DNA of 64,000 bases, taken from positions 221,549 to 285,548 of the forward strand of contig JANXCW010000001.1 in assembly GCA_025059775.1 (NCBI GenBank). The letters are read 5' to 3'. The notes beneath the pieces are model-generated. The model had not been told where the DNA came from and did not search any database. It saw only the letters and a program-made list of their open reading frames with translations. Origin of the DNA: Armatimonadota bacterium (GTDB lineage Bacteria > Sysuimicrobiota > Sysuimicrobiia > Sysuimicrobiales > Sysuimicrobiaceae). Made by a program: the position numbers and the translations under genes. Shown piece after piece: positions 19,485 to 27,571 of this stretch (positions are counted from its first letter, which is position 1; each line of letters begins with the position of its first letter).

Positions 19485-20498
19485 TCAGCGGCCAATCTCG
19501 CGAGACCACCGCTCCCGGACCCTCTCTATGTTCGCGATCGCCCACTCCCGGTCATACCGGACGAACTTCACCGAGTCAAAGGGCGGAGCTCCCGCGGGGG
19601 GTTCTACATCAGCCCGCACGGGGTAGCGGAACCCGTACTGGGCATTAATGTCCTGGGGCGTTCGGGTCATGAGGAAGTCTACATACGCCTGCGCGCCTTC
19701 GGGGTTCGGTCCACCGCGGAGGATGGAGACCGCACCGATCTCGAACGCGGTGTCCGGGGGCACGATCAACTCCAGGGGCTGGGAGCGCATCCGTCGGGCC
19801 CCGATGCCCTCGTGCGCCCACATCACAGCCACGATGGCCTCGCCGCGCTCCAGCAGGGTGACGGTGCCGGGCGCGGTGGGCGTGTACTGGACAGCATTCC
19901 GGTTCAGCTCCCGGAGATATGCCCACGCGCGGTCCTCCCCCAGCCGGAAGATCTGCCCAGCCACGAAGATGTACTCCGCTCCGGTCGTAACGGGACTCGG
20001 CATGATGAACTGACCGCCGAAGTCCGGCCGCAGCAGGTCATCCCATGTGGCCGGTTCGGGGACCCGGCGCGGCGTCATCTCCCGATCCCACCGCTCGGTG
20101 TTGATCAAGATGGAAAGGATGCCCAAGTACCAGCCATGCCAATAGCTATCCCGATCCAGGAACGCCGGGCTGATCCGCGCCTCGCGGGCTACGGGGGACC
20201 GGTAAGAGACCACCAGGCCCTCCCGAGCCAGAGGAGCATGGAAGTCCGCGGAACCTCCCACGAAGACGTCCGCCCGGGGCCGGTCCCGCTCCGCGCGAAT
20301 CCGGGCTGCCAGAGTCCCCGCAGCCGCGACACTGACGGCTTCCACGGCGATCCCGGTTCTGCGAGTAAACTCCCGGTTGATCAATGACGTCTCCAAGTCC
20401 GGCAGCGCGGAGCACACCACGATCCGTCTTGCCTGCCCGCTCGCAGGAACCGCGGACGCCACCAGAAGGAGCCACACGAGCGTCCACCACCGCCGCAC
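19485..20498 (-). CDS. Fe(3+)-type ABC transporter periplasmic/extracytoplasmic substrate-binding protein (FbpA/AfuA/FutA family), apparently intact
   Basis: ORF 19485..20498. Signal peptide MRRWWTLVWLLLVASAVPASG. Family pattern IVVCSALPDLE...TGIAVEAVSVAAAGTLAARIRAE...ADVFVGGSADFHA. An AAGAGGGAGGTGAG ribosome-binding site precedes it. Confidence 0.8.
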   Translation of the reverse strand: MRRWWTLVWLLLVASAVPASGQARRIVVCSALPDLETSLINREFTRRTGIAVEAVSVAAAGTLAARIRAERDRPRADVFVGGSADFHAPLAREGLVVSYRSPVAREARISPAFLDRDSYWHGWYLGILSILINTERWDREMTPRRVPEPATWDDLLRPDFGGQFIMPSPVTTGAEYIFVAGQIFRLGEDRAWAYLRELNRNAVQYTPTAPGTVTLLERGEAIVAVMWAHEGIGARRMRSQPLELIVPPDTAFEIGAVSILRGGPNPEGAQAYVDFLMTRTPQDINAQYGFRYPVRADVEPPAGAPPFDSVKFVRYDREWAIANIERVRERWSREIGR

Positions 20499-20856
20499 CC
20501 TCTCACCTCCCTCTTAGGTCGTTTCGCCTGACGGTCCAACGGGATTCGATGGGTCTCCCGCCCCTCTCCGGAGTGGACAATTTGGGCCATCCTGGAGCAA
20601 GACTCTCAGTCTGCTTCGCTGGCGAATTGTTCGTTGGAGAGGACCGTCACGGCCCTGCACGTACTCCGGCTGAGTGCTCGCAGGGGATCAACCCTCCACG
20701 GCTGTTCTGGCTATCTAGGCTCCCGGCGGGCCCGTCGGCCGGTACGAGGGAGTGACGAGAGGCCCACACCCGGCCCGCTGGCTTCCCGAATCGGCGAGCC
20801 GGGAAAAGCGAGGCCCGCGTCCCCTCCCCCACGGTCATCAGAGTCGCCCTCAGAGC

Positions 20857-20882
20857 GTCGGGAGGCCTAAGGCCTCCCCGTC
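20857..20882. repeat. perfect GC-rich hairpin GGGAGGCC-TAA-GGCCTCCC in the 600-nt gap between phr and the Fe-transporter operon
   Basis: Seen directly in the sequence. 8-bp stem, 3-nt loop, no U-tract. Candidate terminator or structured-RNA element. Confidence 0.3.
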
Positions 20883-21105
20883 CGCCGCGGCGCCACTCCA
20901 GGCATGGTCAAAGAGCAGGGGCCAGCTCGAGGAATGCGGCGCGCTGATCGGGAGTTGGGAGGGCCCTGCCCTTTCGCTCCGGAGGAATCCCGCAGGCCTA
21001 GCCCGCTGGGGTCGCGGCGATCCAAGACCGACCCCACTGTGCTGAGTCTCGCATGCGGTCCTCGACCGGCAGATGCCCCCGGGAGGGACCTGTGCCTCGG
21101 TGAAT

Positions 21106-22497
21106 CTACCGTGAGGGACGGCGCTGAGCCGCCCGGATAGCCCTGTAACGATCCAGGGCCCGTTGGCGGGAAGCGGCGAGGTCGACCACCGGCCTTGGAT
21201 AGTCGCGTCCGACGCGGCAGCGGTAGGCAATCTGGTCGTCCCGCGGAAGCGTCCAGGGAGCGTGGACGTACGGTGCGGGCACCCGTGCGAGCTCGGGGAT
21301 CCACCTTCGAACGTAGGCACCGGCAGGGTCGAACCTCAGCCCCTGGAGCACGGGGTTAAAGATTCGGAGGTAGGGCCTCCTATCGGTTCCAATCCCAGTC
21401 ACCCACTGCCAGTTGCCGCTGTTAGACGCAGGATCGCCGTCCAACAGGTGCTCGAAAAAGTACTGTTCCCCCCACCGCCAATCCAGGAGCAGGTTCTTCA
21501 CCAGGAAGGAGGCAACCACCATGCGGGCCCGGTTGTGCATCCATCCGGTTTCACGCAGCTCCCGCATGGCGGCATCGATCAGGGGATAGCCTGTCTGGCC
21601 CTCGCACCATGTCCGGAAGATCTGCTCGTCGTTGTCCCATTCGGGCTCCTGCAGGTCCTGCCGGAGGGGCTCTCGGCGACTGTGCGGATAGTGAAACAAC
21701 AGGTGTGCGAAGAACTCCCGCCACAGGAGCTCGTCCAGCCAGCGGGCAGCACCCTTCCGGGACTCGGAGTTGTGCGCGGCGTCCATCGCCTGACGGGCGA
21801 GATGGAAGGCCACGCGGGGGGAGAGCACTCCGAAGCGCAGATAGGGAGATAGACGGGAGGTGACCTCCAGATCGATCCGGTCACGTTCCCGGTGGTATTG
21901 AAAAATGGGACCTGCGATGAAGTCCTTGAGCCTCCGGAAGCCTGCCTCCTCACCGGGCGGCCATGGGGGCGGGACCTCCGGCAGGGGCTCCGAGACGACC
22001 CCGTGGGGCGGCAGCCGGGCAGGAGGGGGGAGGGGCTCAGGGAGGGTGAGGGAGCTCAGTCGCTGATAGAACTGTCTGTACACGGTATAGCCCCGCCCCC
22101 TCCCGGTCCGAATCGCAGGTGGCGGAACCATGCTCGGCCAGCCCACCAGCTGAAGACGCACGTGGCGAGCGACTTCGGACTCCTGTCGCCGAGCGAAGGG
22201 GGAAACGTCCGCGTGAGCATACACTGCCTGGGCCCCGGTCTGCTCGACGAGTCGGGGGAGGATCTGGGAGGGATCGCCGTGGCGGACAACCAGGGAGGAT
22301 CCGAGAGTGCGCAGAGCGCGATCCAGGGTGCGGAGGTTAGCGATCAGGAAGCTTGTTCTGCGCCGGCTGAGGGTGAGCAGGCGGGGATCTAAGATGAATA
22401 CGGGGATCACTCCGCCGCTCTGCAAGGCTGCATGGAGTGCGGGGTTGTCATGTAGCCGCAGATCCCTGCGGATCCACCAGAGGTTCACGGTTTCCAC
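21106..22497 (-). CDS. phr: deoxyribodipyrimidine (CPD) photolyase
   Basis: ORF 21106..22620. NLWWIRRDLRLHDNPALHAAL...VIPVFILDP is the photolyase N-domain. The FAD-binding domain carries WREFFAHLLFHYP, GYPLIDAAMRELRETGWMHNRARMVVASFLVKNL, GNWQWVTGIGTD and PYLRIFNPVLQG. Start trimmed to GTG/TTG near 22497 (the ORF-track start at 22620 is possible). Confidence 0.9.
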   Translation of the reverse strand: METVNLWWIRRDLRLHDNPALHAALQSGGVIPVFILDPRLLTLSRRRTSFLIANLRTLDRALRTLGSSLVVRHGDPSQILPRLVEQTGAQAVYAHADVSPFARRQESEVARHVRLQLVGWPSMVPPPAIRTGRGRGYTVYRQFYQRLSSLTLPEPLPPPARLPPHGVVSEPLPEVPPPWPPGEEAGFRRLKDFIAGPIFQYHRERDRIDLEVTSRLSPYLRFGVLSPRVAFHLARQAMDAAHNSESRKGAARWLDELLWREFFAHLLFHYPHSRREPLRQDLQEPEWDNDEQIFRTWCEGQTGYPLIDAAMRELRETGWMHNRARMVVASFLVKNLLLDWRWGEQYFFEHLLDGDPASNSGNWQWVTGIGTDRRPYLRIFNPVLQGLRFDPAGAYVRRWIPELARVPAPYVHAPWTLPRDDQIAYRCRVGRDYPRPVVDLAASRQRALDRYRAIRAAQRRPSR

Positions 22498-22663
22498 CAA
22501 CTCGTCCCCGTCCGCTCCTTCCGGTTCGTCCACAGGGTACCGTATCTGGAGCCTCCTTGCGGCGGCCGGCACCGGGACCCTTCGTCGGTGTTTCCGCCCG
22601 GGAGGATCCGCCGCGGACAATGCACATCCCGCAGCCGATCCCCCGACGTCTGGAGAGAGACAC

Positions 22664-23077
22664 CTAGGGGACCCTTAGGCCCCAACGGGGAAACAGCCAC
22701 AGGCAGGCGAGGGCGGGGGGGATGTGGAGCAGCGCCAGTCCCATGGCTAGTGGCCACGTGGCCTGGGGGAATCGTGGAGAGCCGGGGAGGAGGATATTAG
22801 GTACCCACGAGACGAGCAACGCTGCCAATGCCAGCCATCGGTAGGTCCGGACGGGTTCTCTGGCCCACCGGACCACCAGGACGAAGGTCAACGCGCCCGC
22901 TGTTACCCCGACCGCTGTCAAAAACAGCACCGCCGGCCGCGTGAAGGGCTCGAACGTGGGTGGAATGTCCAGCAGTCCTTCCAGGATCGACCGGAGCAGC
23001 TCGTTCACCGATGCGGAGGCGACCAAAGCCACTCCCCAAGCCCGCACGATTCCTCCTGGTACGAGCACCCTTCGCAT
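22664..23077 (-). CDS. small hydrophobic membrane protein (4 predicted TM), hypothetical
   Basis: ORF 22664..23077. GGAAGGGAG precedes the ATG. Co-directional and contiguous with phr. No family recognised. Confidence 0.45.
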   Translation of the reverse strand: MRRVLVPGGIVRAWGVALVASASVNELLRSILEGLLDIPPTFEPFTRPAVLFLTAVGVTAGALTFVLVVRWAREPVRTYRWLALAALLVSWVPNILLPGSPRFPQATWPLAMGLALLHIPPALACLWLFPRWGLRVP

Positions 23078-23238
23078 GGCTCCCTTCCACGCCCAGCCCC
23101 TGTGCCTCGAGTACTCTTACGCGAGATTCTTCACAAAGTCTTCCGCTTCCTCCTGCGGCCTTCCCGTGTCCTTTCAGCGCCGTCCCCTCCGGCCAGATTG
23201 GACTCTCACCCCCTGGATACCTCGTAGACTCCCGGGAG

Positions 23239-23254
23239 TGGCACGGAGTGTGCA
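23239..23254 (+). promoter_or_regulatory. sigma-54 (-24/-12) promoter-like element TGGCAC-N5-GTGCA
   Basis: TGGCACGGAGTGTGCA at 23239-23254. The GG and GC dinucleotides are 12 nt apart. It lies 24 nt upstream of an ATG with a strong ribosome-binding site (GGAGGTGATTCC-ATG). Confidence 0.45.
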
Positions 23255-23278
23255 GGGCGAGGGAGCGGAGGTGATTCC

Positions 23279-23575
23279 ATGCAGGTCCGTCCTGTGGATT
23301 ATGAGCCGCAGCCACCCGGCCCTGCTTCCGGCCCCGGATTCCTCTACGCCCTGCAGCGGGTGCGGGCTGTGGGAACCGTCGGTCTTGTCCCGTCCTCCAG
23401 CACCCCTCGCACCGGGCCTGGAGCCCCCCAGTTCACCACCCCTCCCACCCCACAGTCCCCCGCACCCCCCGTATTTTTGGATCGGCTGCTGAGCTGGCTC
23501 TACCAGACGGTTCGGGGCGCCCTGGGCCTGGTGTGGTCCGGACTCGGGGAACTGGCTCGCTGGCTCCGGAAGTAG
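23279..23575 (+). CDS. small Pro-rich protein (98 aa) with C-terminal amphipathic/hydrophobic helix; hypothetical
   Basis: ORF 23279..23575. GGAGGTGA sits 5 nt before the ATG and the sigma-54-like promoter is just upstream. The gene is convergent with fliA. The low-complexity composition lowers confidence. Confidence 0.35.
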   Translation: MQVRPVDYEPQPPGPASGPGFLYALQRVRAVGTVGLVPSSSTPRTGPGAPQFTTPPTPQSPAPPVFLDRLLSWLYQTVRGALGLVWSGLGELARWLRK

Positions 23576-23603
23576 GCCGTGTGGCGTTCCCCCTCTGTCT
23601 CAC

Positions 23604-24314
23604 CTATCGGCCGAACCCACGCTGCACGAGGTAGGTTCGCAGCCGGAGCAGGGCCTGTGCGTGGATCTGGCAGACCCGGGACTCCGTGAGGTCCAGAATC
23701 TCTCCGATCTCCGCCAGGGTCAGGTCCTCGTAGTAGTACAGGCCCACCACCAGCCGCTCGCGCTCGGAGAGCGCTCCCAGGCCCTGACGCAGGGCCTCCA
23801 GCAGCTCCCGCTGCTCTGTTGCCTCCTCCGGTCCAGCGTCCGACGCCGCAGGCTCCCCCCGCTCCGTGGCCCGCCGGACCAGGTCCTCGAAGGAGGCCAC
23901 CACGTATCCGTGCAGCCGCTCCAAGTCTGCGAGGATCTCCTGCGGGGAGCAGCCCACCTCCGCTGCGAGCTCTTCCCGGGTGGGTTCTCGGCCCAGGGAG
24001 GTCACGAGCCGTTCGTGCGCCCGCTCCAACTCCCGGGCCCGCTGCCGGTCCGCTCGGCTGGCGGGGTCCAGGCTGCGGAGGTAATCCAGGATGGCACCGC
24101 GGATGCGATACCAGGCGAAGGTCTCGAACCGTACCCCGTGGGAGGGATCGTAGCGGTCCAGGGCCTCCAGCAACCCCAGCATCCCACAGCTCTCCAGATC
24201 CTCCCGGGGCACGTGGGAGGGAAGCCCCGGAGCGAGTTGCTGTACGACCGCGCGCACGAGCCCCGCATACCGCAGAACCTGCGCCTCTCGCTCCGGGGAA
24301 GCCGGCCGCGGCAT
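23604..24314 (-). CDS. fliA: flagellar sigma factor sigma-28 (FliA/SigD/WhiG family)
   Basis: ORF 23604..24710 trimmed to MPRPASPEREAQVLRYAGLVRAVV. Region 2 is YRIRGAILDYLRS. The region 4 HTH is LSERERLVVGLYYYEDLTLAEIGEILDLTESRVCQIHAQAL. It is the last gene of the fla/che operon, as in Bacillus. Confidence 0.9.
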   Translation of the reverse strand: MPRPASPEREAQVLRYAGLVRAVVQQLAPGLPSHVPREDLESCGMLGLLEALDRYDPSHGVRFETFAWYRIRGAILDYLRSLDPASRADRQRARELERAHERLVTSLGREPTREELAAEVGCSPQEILADLERLHGYVVASFEDLVRRATERGEPAASDAGPEEATEQRELLEALRQGLGALSERERLVVGLYYYEDLTLAEIGEILDLTESRVCQIHAQALLRLRTYLVQRGFGR

Positions 24315-24316
24315 GT

Positions 24317-24802
24317 CTACAGCTCCCGCTCCGGCCCGCCCGCGGTGCGCACCACCAGCCGGCCCGTGCCCACGTGCAGGGCCACCGTCCGGCTCACGCT
24401 TCCGCCCACGTCCTCCGCATGGGGCCGCAGGCCTTGCTTTCGCAGGGCTTCCCGGACCGCCTCCACGTTTCGGGCGCCCAGGTTCAGGACGCTGCTGGCT
24501 GCCATCCCGAACATCCCAGCGCCCCCTACAACCCAAACCACCGCGGAGGCCGGGTCTCCGCCGGCCCGCCGGAAGGACTCCAGCAGGGCGGGGATCGCGG
24601 TGTCCGCGAACTTGAAGGGCGCCGTGTCCCATCCGAAGGATTGAGGGAGCATCACGTGGGCCATGGCGCCCACGCGGGGGCATGGAGTGTGCAGCACCAC
24701 GGCCACACACGAACCCAACCCGCCCGCTAGGAGCACCGCCCCCGCATCCCGCTCCACCACCCCTTCCCCCATGCCGACCCGGATCACCCGCCCCTCACGC
24801 AC
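24317..24802 (-). CDS. cheD: chemoreceptor glutamine deamidase CheD
   Basis: ORF 24317..24853 trimmed to GTG (GGAGGAG ribosome-binding site). IRVGMGEGVV...LLAGGLGSCVAVVLH matches CheD. Confidence 0.85.
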   Translation of the reverse strand: MREGRVIRVGMGEGVVERDAGAVLLAGGLGSCVAVVLHTPCPRVGAMAHVMLPQSFGWDTAPFKFADTAIPALLESFRRAGGDPASAVVWVVGGAGMFGMAASSVLNLGARNVEAVREALRKQGLRPHAEDVGGSVSRTVALHVGTGRLVVRTAGGPEREL

Positions 24803-25586
24803 CGCTTCTCCTCCCCTGGGCCTTTCGGTAGAAGAAGGGGTACAGCGGCTCAAATCCCATCTCCCGCGCGGCGAAGATCTGCTCCGCGGCGCCCACGAAG
24901 AGGTACCCGCCGGGCGCCAGGGCCTGGTGGAACCGGCGGTACAGGTCCTGTTTGGCCTCCTCCGTGAAGTAGATGACCACGTTCCGGCAGAGGATGAGGT
25001 GCCAGGGGCCGTTGAAGGGGTCGGAGAGGAGATCGTGGCGCCGGAACCGCACCCTTTGCCGGAGCTCCGGGCTTACCCGCCACCGATTCTGCTCCCGTAC
25101 GAAAAACCGTGCCCGCCGCGGTGGCGACACGTTCCGGATGTCCGACTCCTCGTAGAACCCCTCTTCGGCCTGCCGCAGGACGCGGCCATCGATGTCCGTG
25201 CCCAGCACGGACCATCCTCCCGAGGGGTTCAGCTCCAGGAGGAGGATCCCCACACTGTAGGCCTCCGCGCCGTGGGAGCAGCCCGCGCTCCACACCCGCA
25301 GCTCCCGGAAACGGGCCAGCAGCTCCGGGAGGACCCGACGCTGGAGCACCGCAAAGAGTTCCGGATTCCGGAAGAACTCGGAGACGTGGACGGTGAGGCG
25401 ATCCACCAGGTCCGCGAGCAGAGCAGGGTCCTGCCGGGCCCGGGACACGAACTCCTCCGCGGAGCGCAGGCCCATGCGGTGCAGGGCACCCACCAGCCGC
25501 CGCTCAATCTGGTCGGGTCGGTATCGAGCGAGGTCCAGGCCCGTGCGCTGCTTCAGGAGATGCATCAGGGTCGCGTACTCACGCAT
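24795..25586 (-). CDS. cheR: chemotaxis protein methyltransferase CheR
   Basis: ORF 24795..25586. CheR_N (LLKQRTGLDLARYRPDQIERRL) and the SAM-dependent MTase fold (VSEFFRNPELF...LRVWSAGCSHGAEAYS...ILCRNVVIYF). Confidence 0.9.
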   Translation of the reverse strand: MREYATLMHLLKQRTGLDLARYRPDQIERRLVGALHRMGLRSAEEFVSRARQDPALLADLVDRLTVHVSEFFRNPELFAVLQRRVLPELLARFRELRVWSAGCSHGAEAYSVGILLLELNPSGGWSVLGTDIDGRVLRQAEEGFYEESDIRNVSPPRRARFFVREQNRWRVSPELRQRVRFRRHDLLSDPFNGPWHLILCRNVVIYFTEEAKQDLYRRFHQALAPGGYLFVGAAEQIFAAREMGFEPLYPFFYRKAQGRRSGA

Positions 25587-25986
25587 GGGGAGCTCCCAGG
25601 GCGCGCGCCAGCTCCTCCGCCGCGGCCCGCACTGCCCGTTCCTCCGCCTCCGTGAAGACCCCTCCCACCCGTCCCAGCACCACCACCGCCACCCGCTGCC
25701 CGGCGTGCTCCGCGGGGACCGCGAGGAACCCCCGGAGGGAACCGGCGCGAAGGCCTCGGCCCCGGGAGGGGACGCGGATGGTCTGCCCGGTCTCGAGGAT
25801 CCACGCCCGGAGGCCCATCCCGGCCTGGAAGGGGATCTGCTCCAGGAGGTCCAGGGGACGCCCTATGGAGACCGCGGGGATGGTGCCCGCGTGCGTGCGG
25901 AGCCAGACGGTCCCCAGGTCGAAGGGCACCTCCGCCCGCAGGCGCCGTAGGGCTTCCCGACACGCGCGGACCGCGCGCTCCCTCAT
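25579..25986 (-). CDS. small stand-alone GAF-domain protein (135 aa)
   Basis: ORF 25579..26286 trimmed to the ATG overlapping the cheB stop. GAF-like pattern (...GLRAWILETGQTIRVPS...FLAVPAEHAGQRVAVVVLGRVGGVFTEAEERAV). It sits between cheB and cheR, a slot normally occupied by cheA/cheW/cheC in Bacillus-type operons. Confidence 0.55.
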   Translation of the reverse strand: MRERAVRACREALRRLRAEVPFDLGTVWLRTHAGTIPAVSIGRPLDLLEQIPFQAGMGLRAWILETGQTIRVPSRGRGLRAGSLRGFLAVPAEHAGQRVAVVVLGRVGGVFTEAEERAVRAAAEELARALGAPHA

Positions 25987-26960
25987 ACCCCCTCTCCCAC
26001 GATCCGGGCCACCTCCTCCCCGATGCGCTCCAGGGGCAGCACGAAGTCCGCGAGCCCCGCTTCCACCACGGCCCGCGGCATCCCGTACACCACGCTGGTC
26101 TCCTCGTTCTGGGCGATTACGAGCCCGCCCGTCCGCTTGATGCGCCGGCAGCCCTCCAGCCCGTCCCGCCCCATGCCTGTGAGCACCACCCCCAGGACCG
26201 GGGAGTAGGTCTCCGCGAGGGAGGAGAAGGTGATGTCCGCGGATGGTCGGAGGATCTCCGAAGGTTCTGGCTCCACCACGGCCCACCGACCGTCCCGCAC
26301 CACCAGCTGCCGTCCGCCGGGTGCCACGTAAGCCACTCCGGGCTGCGGTGCGACCCCGTCCTCCGCCTCCTCTACCCGGATCCGGCCCACCTCGTGGAGC
26401 CGCCGCGCCAGGCTCGCGGTGAACCCGGGGGGCATATGCTGCACCACCACCAAGGGGAGCGGGAGGGGCGGGAGGTGGGAGAAGAATACGGTGAGGGCCG
26501 CGGGACCCCCCGTGGAGGCGGCCACGGCCACCACCCGCACCCGGGCCTTCTTCTGCCGCCGGGGAAGGCGGGCCTGGGCCGCGGCCTTCACCTTCTGCAC
26601 CAGCGGGTGGAGATCCCGCACCGACAGGGGGCCCGAAGGTTTCGCCTCCACCTCCACTGCCCCCGCTTCCAGGGCCTTGAGGGCGAGATCCGCCCCCCGG
26701 ACGGTGTGGGCGCTCAGCACCACCACGGGAGTCCAGAGCTCGCGGGCAAGGGTTCGCAGGGCCACCAACCCGTCCATTACCGGCATCTCCAGATCCAGGG
26801 TTACCACGTCCGGTCGCAGCCTCCGGACCAGCTCCACGGCCTGGGCACCGTGGGCGGCTAAGCCCACTACCTCCACCTCTGGATCCTGCTCCAGGGCGGA
26901 GCAGAGCAGTCCTCGAAAGGTAGGGGAGTCGTCGACCACCACCACCCGGACCCGCCTCAT
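25983..26960 (-). CDS. cheB: protein-glutamate methylesterase/deamidase CheB (REC + methylesterase)
   Basis: ORF 25983..27749 trimmed to MRRVRVVVVDDSPTFRGLL (REC with DD, D-phosphosite, T, K). The methylesterase domain carries AVAASTGGP, VVQHMPPGFT and GMGRDG. Confidence 0.9.
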   Translation of the reverse strand: MRRVRVVVVDDSPTFRGLLCSALEQDPEVEVVGLAAHGAQAVELVRRLRPDVVTLDLEMPVMDGLVALRTLARELWTPVVVLSAHTVRGADLALKALEAGAVEVEAKPSGPLSVRDLHPLVQKVKAAAQARLPRRQKKARVRVVAVAASTGGPAALTVFFSHLPPLPLPLVVVQHMPPGFTASLARRLHEVGRIRVEEAEDGVAPQPGVAYVAPGGRQLVVRDGRWAVVEPEPSEILRPSADITFSSLAETYSPVLGVVLTGMGRDGLEGCRRIKRTGGLVIAQNEETSVVYGMPRAVVEAGLADFVLPLERIGEEVARIVGEGV

Positions 26961-27568
26961 CTCCTGGACCGCCACATCTCCTCCCGCGTCGTGAGAACCC
27001 TCCGGGCCGCGGCCGCGCTTAAGGGATCCCACTGGATGCCCACCGCGAAGGACCGAGCCCGATCGAACTGCGGCCGGCTCCACACCACCCGGCCTACGAG
27101 GGAAGCCCCCGCCCGTCCCGGAACCGTGACGAGCACCTGCTCGCCGGGTCTGGGCTCCGGCCAGGGGTTCACGAGCTCCAGGCGACACCCTCCCGCGGAG
27201 AGATCCACCAGCCACGCCTCTACGAGTCGCGTGGGGTGCTGATCCAGGCGGGCCATGTACACACGGGCGGACAGAGGCCGACGGGGCAGAGCCCGCCGAT
27301 CCACGGGGCGCAGCGGTCCCGCCAGTCGCACGCACACCGCCTCCACGGGCAGCCGCACGCACTCCGTTACGGTCCCCTCGAACTCCCAGGCCCCACCCTC
27401 CCCGTACAGCCGACCCCGCACCCGGGTTCCGGCGGGCAGCAGGAAGGGCTGTCCTCGCTCCATGGGGGCGCTGAGGAGAACCTGGCCCGCGCCCACTTCC
27501 TCCACCCGCACGGGGTAGGCTCTCCCGCCCACCCACAGCTCCACCCGCTGGTTCTCCCGCAGCTCCAT
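26957..27568 (-). CDS. YcgR/MotI-like PilZ-domain protein (PilZN + PilZ), predicted c-di-GMP-binding flagellar brake
   Basis: ORF 26957..27568. The RxxxR motif (RRALPRRPLSAR) and DxSxGG motif (DLSAGGCRL) of PilZ are both present. It occupies the flhF/flhG position between flhA and cheB. Confidence 0.75.
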   Translation of the reverse strand: MELRENQRVELWVGGRAYPVRVEEVGAGQVLLSAPMERGQPFLLPAGTRVRGRLYGEGGAWEFEGTVTECVRLPVEAVCVRLAGPLRPVDRRALPRRPLSARVYMARLDQHPTRLVEAWLVDLSAGGCRLELVNPWPEPRPGEQVLVTVPGRAGASLVGRVVWSRPQFDRARSFAVGIQWDPLSAAAARRVLTTREEMWRSRR

Positions 27569-27571
27569 GGC

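Noticed and set aside
20499-20700. Possible TPP riboswitch or tmRNA in the leader of the substrate-binding-protein gene. A CTGAGA motif and a TTCGA-containing stem-loop are present.
   Set aside because: The companion TPP elements (GGGGUGCC, ACCUGAUCUGGNUAAUNCCAGCG) and the tmRNA tag-peptide reading frame and T-arm are absent. These are isolated short motifs only.
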